A stretch of DNA of 64,000 nucleotides from an uncultured Gammaproteobacteria bacterium. Lineage in GTDB: Bacteria > Patescibacteriota > Microgenomatia > UBA1406 > GWC2-37-13. Shown piece by piece: positions 53,031 to 62,428 of the stretch (positions are counted from its first letter, which is position 1; each line of letters opens with the position of its first letter). The position numbers and the translations under genes are program-made. The stretch spans positions 8,828-72,827 of the forward strand of contig CAYJKR010000002.1 of NCBI GenBank assembly GCA_964371165.1, read 5' to 3'. The notes below the pieces were generated by a model, which worked only from the letters and a program-made list of their open reading frames with translations, was not told the origin of the DNA and searched no databases.

Positions 53031-54403
53031 TAGTTTAAAGAGTCAATTATTTTTATAATATCGTCTTTTAGTTTATAAACGTCCCCCGCTCCCATGGTAA
53101 AAACAACGTCGCCTTTACGAAGAACCGTTTTTAATTTGTTTAGAAGTTCTTTAGGATTTTTGAATTGGAGGAGATTGTTTATATCCCTTCCTTTGACTAA
53201 ATCGGCCGAACTAATCTCAAATTCGTATTTTTGCTCCCGGGCGGAGGCAAAAATCGGCAGTATCAACCCCAAATCCGCCCGGCTCAAGCTCTCGGTAAAT
53301 TCTTTGAGTAGAAAGGCCGTCCTCGAGTAGGTGTGGGGCTGAAAAATGATTATTACTCTTCGTCCCTTAAACCTCTGTCTCGCCGCCTCAATCGTCGAGG
53401 CGATTTCATTCGGGTGGTGGGCGTAGTCGTCAAACAAATAGGTGTTGTTTTTAAAATGAATTTTTTCGAAACGACGGCGCGCCCCGTAAAAACCGGGCAA
53501 AGCCTTCGCAATTGCCTCGGCCATAAAACCAAACTGGCTTAACAAAACAACCACTGATGCGGCGTTGCCAATGTTTGTCTTTCCAAAAAGGTTGATTTTA
53601 AACTTTCCCATTCCCTTTATTTCAAAGTTGCTTTCCTTCTCCCCCACGTTCCAGTTGACGATTTGATAGTCGGCGCCTCTTGAAAACCCATATGTTTTAT
53701 ACTGTCCTTTTTTTAACTTCGGCGTGACCGACATCAAATTTTCGTCGTCGGCATATAGTAGTAGTTTCCTATTTTCGAAAAATTTGATAAAGGCGGCTTT
53801 TGTTTCTTTGATGTCGCGATAAACGTCGGGGTGGTCGAAGTCGATATTGAGGCCAATAATATAGTTGGGGTTTAACTTGTGAAATTTTGGCGTCAGGTCC
53901 TCCGGCGGATTGACGCCGTATTCGTCCGCCTCGATGACAAAGTATTTTTTGCCTTGAAAATCGGCGCCTTCGTGTTTGTCAAAAGATGGGACGCCGACCA
54001 AATAGGAAGGAGAAGCTCCCAGGCGGTCTAAGGCATAGACCAAAAGAGAAGAGGTGGTTGTTTTTCCGTGACATCCAGCAATGGCGATTTTTGTTTCAAA
54101 TTGGCTCATCAGCTTTTCCTGGAGCTGGGCCTGGCAGACGACTTCAATCTTCCTTCTTTTCGCCTCAACGACGATCGGGTTTTTAGTTCCACCGTGGACT
54201 CCGGAATAGACTACCAAATCAACATTTTCAGATAAATTCTTGGGTTCAAAATTCTCAAACCACTTAATTTTATTGTCCCGAAGGAGCTTGTCGGTAATAA
54301 ATTCTGAGGGGGTATCGGCTCCCGTCACTGCTCCCCCCATTTTCTTTAAGAAGACGGCCAAATTAGCCATGGCGACGCCTTTTATGCCGACAAAAAAAGT
54401 CAT
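53030..54403 (-). CDS. murC: UDP-MurNAc:L-Ala ligase
   Basis: 457 aa with FVGIKGVAMANLA, P-loop IAGCHGKTTTSS, DDYAHHP and FQPHTYSRT. Confidence 0.92.
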   Translation of the reverse strand: MTFFVGIKGVAMANLAVFLKKMGGAVTGADTPSEFITDKLLRDNKIKWFENFEPKNLSENVDLVVYSGVHGGTKNPIVVEAKRRKIEVVCQAQLQEKLMSQFETKIAIAGCHGKTTTSSLLVYALDRLGASPSYLVGVPSFDKHEGADFQGKKYFVIEADEYGVNPPEDLTPKFHKLNPNYIIGLNIDFDHPDVYRDIKETKAAFIKFFENRKLLLYADDENLMSVTPKLKKGQYKTYGFSRGADYQIVNWNVGEKESNFEIKGMGKFKINLFGKTNIGNAASVVVLLSQFGFMAEAIAKALPGFYGARRRFEKIHFKNNTYLFDDYAHHPNEIASTIEAARQRFKGRRVIIIFQPHTYSRTAFLLKEFTESLSRADLGLILPIFASAREQKYEFEISSADLVKGRDINNLLQFKNPKELLNKLKTVLRKGDVVFTMGAGDVYKLKDDIIKIIDSLN

Positions 54404-54411
54404 TTTAGTAA

Positions 54412-55149
54412 TTATACACTTTTAACCACGAAACTAAACATCTCGCCATAATCCTCTCTTTTGTCGCGTCGGTAGGAAAAAAAGCGGGCGGAGTCGCACT
54501 TGGTGCAAAACGGAAAATGGTCGATGTTTTCTTCTTTGACGCCGGTTTCTTTTAGTAATAAGTAGTTTAAAAGCGACAGGTTTAGATGCCATTTTCCACC
54601 CCGGTGGTGAAAAATCTGCGGACCCCACGATTCGTTTTCCTCCATAAACTGTTCGTACCGGTCGTCGGTGACGTCATAGCAGCAGTCTCCTATTGTCGGG
54701 CCTATGGCAACGACAATGTCTTCAATACGGGCGCCCGCTTCTTTCATTTTGGCGACCATTTTTTGGGGTATTCTTTTCAGGCTGCCCCGCCAACCGACGT
54801 GGCTGATACCGATTAATCCTAGAGCCCCGTCTTTGAAAATCATCGGGCAGCAGTCGGCGGTGACGGTGGTCAGGACGACACCAGCGTCGCGGGTTACGAC
54901 GCCGTCGGTTTCTTCAACCTTGGCAAAACTTTCCCGGTCTTGGTTTGAAAAAAGCGCCACGTTGGCCGAGTGAATCTGTTCCGGAACAACGATTTTTTTA
55001 TATTGCACCTCCGCCGTCTTTAAAAAATTCAGGATGGTGGTGGTTTTCCTTCCGTCGCCGACCGCCCTGGTGGTAAAACCGGAGAGAAAGCCCTCAGAAT
55101 TGATTAAAGAGGAGGCAAAAATTTTGAGGTTGGCGTCATAGGTAATCAT
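54412..55149 (-). CDS. pgeF: YfiH/PgeF family (DUF152) peptidoglycan editing factor / laccase-domain protein
   Basis: 245 aa with VTADCCPM, HVGWRG and CTKCD...FFSYRRD blocks. Confidence 0.85.
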   Translation of the reverse strand: MITYDANLKIFASSLINSEGFLSGFTTRAVGDGRKTTTILNFLKTAEVQYKKIVVPEQIHSANVALFSNQDRESFAKVEETDGVVTRDAGVVLTTVTADCCPMIFKDGALGLIGISHVGWRGSLKRIPQKMVAKMKEAGARIEDIVVAIGPTIGDCCYDVTDDRYEQFMEENESWGPQIFHHRGGKWHLNLSLLNYLLLKETGVKEENIDHFPFCTKCDSARFFSYRRDKREDYGEMFSFVVKSV

Positions 55150-56336
55150 GGTGATATGGCTTTTTTAACGGCTTCTTCCTCGCTCCAAGGATATTCTACA
55201 ACTCCCCTCGCCAGGCTTTTCTCGTGCGACTTGCCCGTGACGACGACGACGTCGCCTGGACGCGCCGTCTGGATTGCCACTTTGATGGCTTTTTCCCGGT
55301 TGGCAATGATGCTATAGTTTTTGCTCGAGCGAGACATAACGTCGTATGTGACATTTTTAAAACCCTGGTTCTCGAGTCCAACGGCAATCTGCCGACAGAT
55401 TGCCATGACGTCCTCGCTCCGGTAGTCTTCTTCGGTCAAAATGACGAGGTCGGAAAATTGCGCCGACGCTTCCCCCATTAACGGTCTTTTGCTTTGGTCT
55501 CTTTCACCGGCGGCGCCAAAGACATGAATCAACCGGCCGTTTTCCTTTAAATATTGTTTTTTTATCTCGGGCAACAACCTTGAAAAGGCATTCGGCGTGT
55601 GGGCAAAATCGATGATGACTTTGAAATCCTGATCATAGACCTTTTCTAACCTCCCCTTTGGCAATTCAAAAGTTTTCATCGCCGCGATAATTTTATCCTC
55701 GGCAACTCCGAGTTCCCGACAAACAGCGAAGGCTGCGGCAAAGTTTTGTCGGTTAAACGACGTCAGGCCGGGTAGTGCATCCAGAACTTTCAACTTCGAA
55801 TTGTAGCCTTGGGATCTTGGAATTTTATCCTTTAATAGTTTAAAAGAGGTGTCTTCCTCGTTGATAAAGCTGGTTCTCGAACTCTTTAATAACTTGGCCT
55901 TGGCGCCAATATAGTCCTCATAGGTCTTATGATAATCCAAATGTTCGTGGGTAACGTTGGTGACGACGGCCGCCTCGTACTTTATCCCCCAAACTCGATT
56001 TTGGTCAAGGGCGTGGGAGGTCGTTTCCAAAACAAAATATTTATCACCCTCGGCCACGGCCTCTTTGAGCATTCTTTGAACGACAAAGGGCGAGGGAGTC
56101 GTGGTGTGGAGTCCGGTTTCGTACTCGTGACTTCCTACTTTTGCGTAAATCGTCGAAATCATCGATGCTCCAAAACCCGACGCCTTCAGAATGTGATAGA
56201 TGAGGTGTGTCGTTGTCGTCTTCCCGTCGGTGCCGGTGACGCCGATGACTTTGAGATTTCGGCTCGGAAAGCCGTAATAAATATTAGCTATTAAGGCCTG
56301 GAATAGATGATATAGATTCTTTATTTTTTGAAACAT
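55146..56336 (-). CDS. murE: MurE-type Mur ligase (third-residue adding), lacking the usual N-terminal domain
   Basis: 396 aa with P-loop GVTGTDGKTTT, LETTSHAL, TNVTHEHLDYH, DFAHTPNAF, GAAGERDQSKRPLMG and TEEDYRSED in place of TSDNPR. Confidence 0.85.
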   Translation of the reverse strand: MFQKIKNLYHLFQALIANIYYGFPSRNLKVIGVTGTDGKTTTTHLIYHILKASGFGASMISTIYAKVGSHEYETGLHTTTPSPFVVQRMLKEAVAEGDKYFVLETTSHALDQNRVWGIKYEAAVVTNVTHEHLDYHKTYEDYIGAKAKLLKSSRTSFINEEDTSFKLLKDKIPRSQGYNSKLKVLDALPGLTSFNRQNFAAAFAVCRELGVAEDKIIAAMKTFELPKGRLEKVYDQDFKVIIDFAHTPNAFSRLLPEIKKQYLKENGRLIHVFGAAGERDQSKRPLMGEASAQFSDLVILTEEDYRSEDVMAICRQIAVGLENQGFKNVTYDVMSRSSKNYSIIANREKAIKVAIQTARPGDVVVVTGKSHEKSLARGVVEYPWSEEEAVKKAISP

Positions 56337-56340
56337 ATGT

Positions 56341-57999
56341 TTACCTGGTTGGGGCTATATTATAGTATACAAATAGCTCGCGGGCGATATCAAAAAACAG
56401 CGGCGCGGCGGTTTCGGAACCCCAAGGGGAGCTTTTCGGCTCCCTAAATATCACCAGGGCGATAAATCGAGGCTTGTCGGCCGGGGCAAAACCAATGAAT
56501 GAGGCGATTGTTTTGGAAGGGTCGTAGTGGCCTTGAATGGGAATTTGGGCTGTACCGGTCTTGCCTCCGATCCTATAACCCGTCGGCCTGTCCCACTTGG
56601 CCTCGGCATTCTCGACCGTCGAAACCAGCATTTTTTTGATAGTCTCACTCGTCTTTTCGCTTATTACCCTAGTAGTTCTTACCGGTTCGATTATCTTTTC
56701 CCTCTCCCCGGACACCACTTTGGAAACAGCGTACGGCTTCATGAGGTGCCCGCCGTTTATGAGGGCGGCAAAGGCTCTAATCATCTGGATCGGGGAAACG
56801 GCAATTCCTTGGCCAAAGGTAACGGTGGCATAGTCGATCGGGTACCAGTCGCGCTCGGGCTTGAGATAGCCCGAGGCCTCGCCCTGCAAATCGATGCCGG
56901 TTTCCTTGCCAAAACCGTACTTAGTAAGGTAAGAATAAAGATTTTTCTGCCCTAGCTTTTGCCCGACGTAGACCATGCCGACGTTTGACGATTTCTCCAG
57001 AATTCTCGTCATCGAAATCTTGCCGGAATATTCGTCATTCCAGGTTTTAATGCTGTACTCGCCTATTTTTACCGGCCCGGTTTCGTTCATGGTGTCTTCG
57101 GGTCTAATCTTTTTTTCCTCAAGGGCCGCCGCCATCACTAATGGTTTAAAGATCGATCCCGGCTCGTAGACTTCGGAAATGGCCGGATTTTCAAAGTAAT
57201 CGTTGCCGAACTCGTAGTATTTTTCCATGTCGTAGTCGGGTAGACAGGTTAAGGCAAGAATCGCCATCGTGTTTGGCTCGGCGATAATGACGCAGCCTTG
57301 CTTGGCATCGTACCGTTCTATTCCTGCCATAAGTTGCCTTTTGGCGATTTCCTGGACTCCCTTGTCGATCGTCAGATAGAGGTCGCGCCCGTTTTCCGGG
57401 TTTATCCGGCTCTGGGTGCCGACGAAGATCGGTCGCCCCAAGACGTCCCGCTCGGTTTCAAGAAATCCGGCCAAACCTTTAAGGTCCTTGTCGTAGAATC
57501 CCTCCAGCCCAAAGTAGCCGATATCCTCATTTTTTTCGTCTTTGCCGACAAACCCGGTCAGGTGCGCCGACAAAGAGGCTTCCGGATAAAACCGGCGCAT
57601 CTGGTATTCAAATCCAATGCCTTTGAGTTTTTCTTTTTCCACGGCCTTTTTCTCGTCTTCGCTGATCCCGCCTTTGATGGCCTGATAGACTAATTTATCG
57701 TTGATGGCGGCCGACAAGGTGGCTTCGTCTAGTTTTAGTTTTTTTGATAAGACTTCGATGACTTTAGTCTTGTCGGTAATTTTTTTCGGCTCGAGATAGA
57801 GGAGATAGCTGTTTTGATTTAGGACCAATGGGTTGCTCCTCCTGTCATAAATCCTTCCCCGCTCTGGCGAAAGCGAAACCGTTTTGAGATAGAGGTCTTG
57901 GGAGGAAGCGTTTTTATTGAGGACTTGCAAATAAAAGAGCCTGACGATTATTGCCGCGTAAAATAACAGAAAGAAAGAAAATAGAAGCTTTACTTTCAT
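56341..57999 (-). CDS. ftsI: class B penicillin-binding protein (FtsI-type transpeptidase)
   Basis: 552 aa with an N-terminal TM helix, a PBP dimer domain, and the motifs SIFK (SxxK), SSN and KTGTA. Confidence 0.9.
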   Translation of the reverse strand: MKVKLLFSFFLLFYAAIIVRLFYLQVLNKNASSQDLYLKTVSLSPERGRIYDRRSNPLVLNQNSYLLYLEPKKITDKTKVIEVLSKKLKLDEATLSAAINDKLVYQAIKGGISEDEKKAVEKEKLKGIGFEYQMRRFYPEASLSAHLTGFVGKDEKNEDIGYFGLEGFYDKDLKGLAGFLETERDVLGRPIFVGTQSRINPENGRDLYLTIDKGVQEIAKRQLMAGIERYDAKQGCVIIAEPNTMAILALTCLPDYDMEKYYEFGNDYFENPAISEVYEPGSIFKPLVMAAALEEKKIRPEDTMNETGPVKIGEYSIKTWNDEYSGKISMTRILEKSSNVGMVYVGQKLGQKNLYSYLTKYGFGKETGIDLQGEASGYLKPERDWYPIDYATVTFGQGIAVSPIQMIRAFAALINGGHLMKPYAVSKVVSGEREKIIEPVRTTRVISEKTSETIKKMLVSTVENAEAKWDRPTGYRIGGKTGTAQIPIQGHYDPSKTIASFIGFAPADKPRFIALVIFREPKSSPWGSETAAPLFFDIARELFVYYNIAPTR

Positions 58000-58277
58000 G
58001 GACGGTAATTTAAAGCAACGCCCGGGCCATCCAAAAATACCGGAGTGGCAACTTTTGAAAAGTCGAGTCCCTCCGCGACCGTCTTGGCGAATTCAAGGGA
58101 GGTTAAGCTGGAGATTTGTTTTTCCAGTCTCAAATTTTCTTCGTGGATTTCTTTCGTTTTGCTCTCGTATGTCTCGATTTCTTTGCCCAGGCCTATCGAA
58201 TAGCGAAACAAGACAATATTGGCGGCGACTAAAAAAATAACCGTCAACCAAACCGACATTTTTAGCAGTCCTTTCAT
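57996..58277 (-). CDS. ftsL: FtsL-like small bitopic division protein
   Basis: 93 aa with one TM helix followed by a coiled coil (EENLRLEKQISSL). Position between rsmH and ftsI fits. Confidence 0.55.
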   Translation of the reverse strand: MKGLLKMSVWLTVIFLVAANIVLFRYSIGLGKEIETYESKTKEIHEENLRLEKQISSLTSLEFAKTVAEGLDFSKVATPVFLDGPGVALNYRP

Positions 58278-59089
58278 ATAGTAATAGTCCTTATTTTGGC
58301 GCTTCTCTCAAAGCTTTTTCCCCGACGCCCGGAATACGGTTTCGTACCTTTTAGTCGGTATTTTTTCCCAAAATTTTTAACGATCCTGTCCTCTAGAGAA
58401 TGAAACGAAACCACAACTATTTGTCCGCCAGTCGCGACGACTCGACTCGCGCCAGTCAAACCTTTTTCAAGGTTTTCCAGTTCGTGATTTACTTCCATTC
58501 TTAGAGCTTGAAAAATCCGCGCGTAAACCGTTTGGCTTTTAAATCCAACCGCCCGGTCAATCGCCTCGATGAGCTCGCCGACCGTCTCCAAACGCTTCCT
58601 TCTTTTGATCTCCTCGGCGATGACTTTTGACTTTATCTCTTCGCTGTTTTTGGCCAGGACCTCATAAAGTTCGTCGGCGGTTTTCTCGGCAATCAGGTCG
58701 GCCGCGGTGGTCGTCGTTTGGGCGTTTCCGTCTATTCTCATATCTAGAGGCTCTTCCGGTTTTTTATACGAAAAACCGCGCCCCGATGACTGGATCTGCC
58801 TCATCGACAACCCCAGGTCAAAGATTACGCCCGAGGCGGGAAAATAGTCGTTTTCGCGGGCTATTCTCTCGATGTCGGCAAAGTTCCCCTGGACAACCTG
58901 CAAATTTGGATTTTGAGTCTGGATATTGGAAATTTGATCTTTATCCCACTCAATCGCAAGAGCTTTGCCTCCCCGCCTCAATATTTCCTGGCTATATCCG
59001 CCTTCTCCATAGGTGGCGTCGATATATTTTTGCCCGGCCACGACATTCAAGCTATCAATTGCTTCTTTTAAAAGTGCTGGTGTGTGCAT
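58274..59089 (-). CDS. rsmH: 16S rRNA (cytosine1402-N4)-methyltransferase
   Basis: MHTPALLKEAI..., DATYGEGGYS, FDLGLSMRQ and VVSFHSLEDRIVK. ATG 59089 is preferred over the track's TTG 59122. Confidence 0.92.
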   Translation of the reverse strand: MHTPALLKEAIDSLNVVAGQKYIDATYGEGGYSQEILRRGGKALAIEWDKDQISNIQTQNPNLQVVQGNFADIERIARENDYFPASGVIFDLGLSMRQIQSSGRGFSYKKPEEPLDMRIDGNAQTTTTAADLIAEKTADELYEVLAKNSEEIKSKVIAEEIKRRKRLETVGELIEAIDRAVGFKSQTVYARIFQALRMEVNHELENLEKGLTGASRVVATGGQIVVVSFHSLEDRIVKNFGKKYRLKGTKPYSGRRGKSFERSAKIRTITI

Positions 59090-59462
59090 ATTTTTTCCAA
59101 TCTTGCGGACTCCAGATCTCAAAATGGTCGCCGACGCCTATGATGACGGCCCGATCCTTCAGTCGGGCGTATTCCAACAGGTTTTTCGGGACGACGAATC
59201 TTCCCTGGTCGTCGATTTCCAAGTAGGTCATCGCGGAAAATATCGACCTTCTCTGGTCCATTTCAGTCGGCTGGAGGAGCGAGGGGTTGAGAAGTTCCGA
59301 GGCCCTTTTCTCCCAGTCGTCGCGGTCGTAGCCCGACAGACAGTTGTCAAATCCTTTGGTTAGTATAAAAACGTTGCCTTTGAGGAGTTCTCTCACCTTT
59401 TTTGGCAAGAGCAGCCGCCCTGCACCGGAGAAGTTAACCTGGTATTCACCAAAAAACACCAT
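59055..59462 (-). CDS. mraZ: transcriptional regulator MraZ
   Basis: 135 aa: MVFFGEYQ...GRLLLPKKVRE, and a second repeat DQGRFVVPKNL. First gene of the dcw cluster. Confidence 0.9.
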   Translation of the reverse strand: MVFFGEYQVNFSGAGRLLLPKKVRELLKGNVFILTKGFDNCLSGYDRDDWEKRASELLNPSLLQPTEMDQRRSIFSAMTYLEIDDQGRFVVPKNLLEYARLKDRAVIIGVGDHFEIWSPQDWKKYAHTSTFKRSN

Positions 59463-59470
59463 ATGATTTC

Positions 59471-59499
59471 ATTACACACCATTTTCTGCCTGTTGTCAA
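59471..59499 (-). promoter_or_regulatory. sigma70-like mraZ (dcw) promoter
   Basis: The minus strand reads TTGACA (complement of 59494-59499), 17-nt spacer, TGTAAT (complement of 59471-59476), then 8 nt to the mraZ ATG (59462). No SD is present. Confidence 0.45.
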
Positions 59500-59508
59500 G
59501 GACAAATC

Positions 59509-61155
59509 ATGATATATAATAAAAACGTGGAGAGATTTTTTAAGACCACTTCCAACTTTATTTTTGCCCGGCAAAAAACTATTTTTTCGTCCGCCCTGCT
59601 GTTGTCATTTATGATAGTTTTGGCCCGCCTGGGCGGTTTTTTGCGTTATCGCATTCTCGCCGGATATTTTGATCCCACAAGCTTAGACGTCTTTTTTGCC
59701 TCATTCCGCATCCCCGACCTGATCTTTGAAATTCTCATTACCGGGGCCTTGACCTCGAGCTTCATTCCGATATTTATTAAGTACAAAGCCAACAAAGAGG
59801 AACTGAGCGAAAATATTTCTTCGGTGATCAACCTGATCTTTGTCTTATTGTTTGCCTTTATTGTCGTCGCCTCGGTCTTCATGGATAAAATTATCGGCGC
59901 CCTCACCCCGGGCTACGGCCCCGCCCAAACCAGGCAAATTGTGGAGTTTTCCTTGATTCTTCTTTTGGGGCAACTGCCGTTTCTGGTCGCCGGTAACTTT
60001 TTGACCGGCCTGGGACAGGCCAACAAGACTTTTTTCCTCCCTGCGGTGGCGCCTATTGTCTACAACCTGGCAATAATTATCGTCACGGTTTTCTTTTCGA
60101 AGACGCTCCTTCTCGCCGCGCCGATTTGGGGCGTGGTCGCCGGAGCCGCTCTCATGTTTATCATCCAGATGCCGCTCCTTTGGTACTCTAGATTCGACTA
60201 CAAACTGGTCCTCAAGAAAACCAAGGGGTTGGTCGAATTTGTGAGATTGGTCATTCCCAGGGCGTTTACCGTGGTCGTCGCCCAAATCGACGCCACGATT
60301 GACCTGACGTTGTCGACCTTACTCGGCGGGGGCGCTTACACGGCTTTTTATTTAGCCCAACACCTCCAGCTTTTGCCCGTATCCGTCCTCGGCATGGCCT
60401 TCGGAGTCGCCTCTCTCCCTTACCTGACCGAAATCTACCAGGAAAAACGCCTGGACGAATTTAAAAAAATCGTCACCGACTCGATATTAAATCTTTTTTT
60501 CTTGACCGTCCCCGCGGCGGTGTTTTTCATCTTTGCCCGGACTCCTCTAATCAGGCTTTTTTTCGGAGGGCCAAAGTTTAGCTGGGACGCCACCGTCACC
60601 ACCGCCGTTACCCTGTCTTATTTCTCCATCTCCTTGCCCTTTCATACCGTCTACTATCTTCTCACCCGGTGTTTTTACTCAATCTTGGACAGCCGAACTC
60701 CGTTTTACGTCAGCCTGGTGTCGATCCTTATCAATACCGTCTTGAGCCTTCTTTTTGTCTTTTATTTCCGCCTGCCCGTTTGGGCCTTGGGAATTTCCTT
60801 TTCCATTTCCATCATCGTCAATTCGCTCGCACTCTTCTACATCCTTTCCCGAAAAATCCCCGGCTTTCCTTTGGACTTTATCGTCGTCGAGTTGGGTAAG
60901 ATGGGTCTTTCGGCCGGAATTGCCGGAGCCTTTAGCTATTTCTTGATGAAGCTTTTGGACGGGCTGATTTTTGATACCGCCTTTACGATTAACGTCTTTT
61001 TACTTCTTATGACCACCTTTGTCGCTTTCATGTCTATCTATTTGTTTATAGGCTGGTTGGTCGACGTCAAAGAACTTTATCTCTTGACGCGCCTCATGCT
61101 CAAGGCCCAGGAATTCCAAAAGAAGTTTACCGAACTATACTCGCAACATGAGTAA
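59509..61155 (+). CDS. murJ: lipid II flippase MurJ (MviN)
   Basis: 548 aa with about 14 TM helices. N-terminal block SRLGGFLRYRILAGYFD...DVFFASFRIPDL is typical of MurJ. The start could be GTG 59527 (see findings). Confidence 0.9.
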   Translation: MIYNKNVERFFKTTSNFIFARQKTIFSSALLLSFMIVLARLGGFLRYRILAGYFDPTSLDVFFASFRIPDLIFEILITGALTSSFIPIFIKYKANKEELSENISSVINLIFVLLFAFIVVASVFMDKIIGALTPGYGPAQTRQIVEFSLILLLGQLPFLVAGNFLTGLGQANKTFFLPAVAPIVYNLAIIIVTVFFSKTLLLAAPIWGVVAGAALMFIIQMPLLWYSRFDYKLVLKKTKGLVEFVRLVIPRAFTVVVAQIDATIDLTLSTLLGGGAYTAFYLAQHLQLLPVSVLGMAFGVASLPYLTEIYQEKRLDEFKKIVTDSILNLFFLTVPAAVFFIFARTPLIRLFFGGPKFSWDATVTTAVTLSYFSISLPFHTVYYLLTRCFYSILDSRTPFYVSLVSILINTVLSLLFVFYFRLPVWALGISFSISIIVNSLALFYILSRKIPGFPLDFIVVELGKMGLSAGIAGAFSYFLMKLLDGLIFDTAFTINVFLLLMTTFVAFMSIYLFIGWLVDVKELYLLTRLMLKAQEFQKKFTELYSQHE

Positions 61156-62428
61156 AAAAACAACCAAAGAAGACGAACAAATGACGGCTATAAAGGCAAT
61201 CCAAAAAAAACTTTTGGGTAAAAGGCTTTTGTATAAAGAGGTCTATGCCATCATGGATGAGATTGCCCAGGAGAGATTGACCGACGTTTTGACAACCTAC
61301 TTTGTCGCCTCCTCCTTCCGCGAAGGCTACAGCCCCCAGGAGCTCTATTACTTTACCCGCGCCATGGTCGAGACGGGCAACCAATTGAAGTTCAAAGGAA
61401 TCGTCGCCGACAAGCACTCGGTCGGAGGAATCGCCGGCACACGAACTACGATGATTATTGTTCCTATAGTCGCCGCCGCCGGTTTTATCATCCCCAAGAT
61501 CTCGAGCCGGGCGATTACTTCCCCCGCCGGCACCGCCGACGTCATGGGCTCGATTGCCAAAGTCGAGTTCGCTCCAAAAGAAATTGAAACCATTGTTAAA
61601 AAAGTCGGCGGCTGCATCGCCTGGAACGGCAAACTCGGAATTGCCCCGGCCGACGACATCATAATCCGCGTCGAGGAACCCCTGGCATTCGAGTCCTTTG
61701 ACAAGATCATCATTTCGGTGATGGCCAAAAAAGTGGCGACCGGGGCCACCCACCTGGCGCTCGACCTGCCGTACGGAAAAACCGCCAAGATCCGCCACTT
61801 CGCCGACGCCGAGCGCGTCGCCAAAAAATTCGAGCGCTTGGCCCGCCAGTTTAAAATAAAAACGGTCGTCGACATCAATGAAATGCTCGAGCCGGCCGGG
61901 CGAGGAATAGGGCCGATACTCGAGGCACGCGACGTCCTTTGGGTGCTCGAGCAAGACAAAGATAGACCCCTACGACTCGAGGCCAAGGCGGTCAGGCTGG
62001 CCGGAATGCTTTTGGACCTTTGTTATAAAGACAGCAAAAAGAATGTCCCCGCCGGCACCGGGGAAGACGAAGCCAAGCGCCTTCTGCTGTCGGGCGCTGC
62101 CTTAAAGAAGTTCAGAGAAATCGTCGCCGCCCAAGAGGGCAACCCGGAAATTGCCTCGGGCAATTTGCGCCTGTCCCCCTTTAAAAAAGAACTGCCCTCG
62201 CCGGTTTCTGGTAAAATTAAGGATATTAATAATTACAATCTCAATACCGTCGCCAAGGTCTTGGGTTCGCCAAACGATATCCGCGCCGGGCTCTATTTGT
62301 TAAAAAAACTCGACCACAATGTCAAGAAAAACGAACCGATGCTTGTCCTTTATTCGAGCGACAAATACCGATTGAAAGAAGCCGAAGTGACCATTAAAAA
62401 TTTGCCGATATTTAAAATCGAAACCTAA
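61148..62428 (+). CDS. archaeal-type thymidine/AMP phosphorylase family protein
   Basis: 426 aa. DKHSVGGIAGTRTTMIIVPIVAAAGFIIPKISSRAITSPAGTADVM matches the archaeal AMP phosphorylase/putative thymidine phosphorylase pattern (KTSSRAITSAAGTAD) rather than the E. coli DeoA pattern. Confidence 0.85.
   Translation: MSKKTTKEDEQMTAIKAIQKKLLGKRLLYKEVYAIMDEIAQERLTDVLTTYFVASSFREGYSPQELYYFTRAMVETGNQLKFKGIVADKHSVGGIAGTRTTMIIVPIVAAAGFIIPKISSRAITSPAGTADVMGSIAKVEFAPKEIETIVKKVGGCIAWNGKLGIAPADDIIIRVEEPLAFESFDKIIISVMAKKVATGATHLALDLPYGKTAKIRHFADAERVAKKFERLARQFKIKTVVDINEMLEPAGRGIGPILEARDVLWVLEQDKDRPLRLEAKAVRLAGMLLDLCYKDSKKNVPAGTGEDEAKRLLLSGAALKKFREIVAAQEGNPEIASGNLRLSPFKKELPSPVSGKIKDINNYNLNTVAKVLGSPNDIRAGLYLLKKLDHNVKKNEPMLVLYSSDKYRLKEAEVTIKNLPIFKIET

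Noticed and set aside
59493-59505. Inverted repeat TTGTC-aag-GACAA as an MraZ operator
   Set aside because: It has only 5-bp arms. It does not resemble the direct-repeat (GTGGG/TGGGN-type) MraZ boxes known from other bacteria and could easily arise by chance. It is kept only as part of the overlapping-promoter observation.
61127-61986. Two long minus-strand ORFs (275 aa and 212 aa)
   Set aside because: They are antisense to the well-supported phosphorylase gene (61148-62428). Their sequences are G/R/D-rich low complexity and they mutually overlap.
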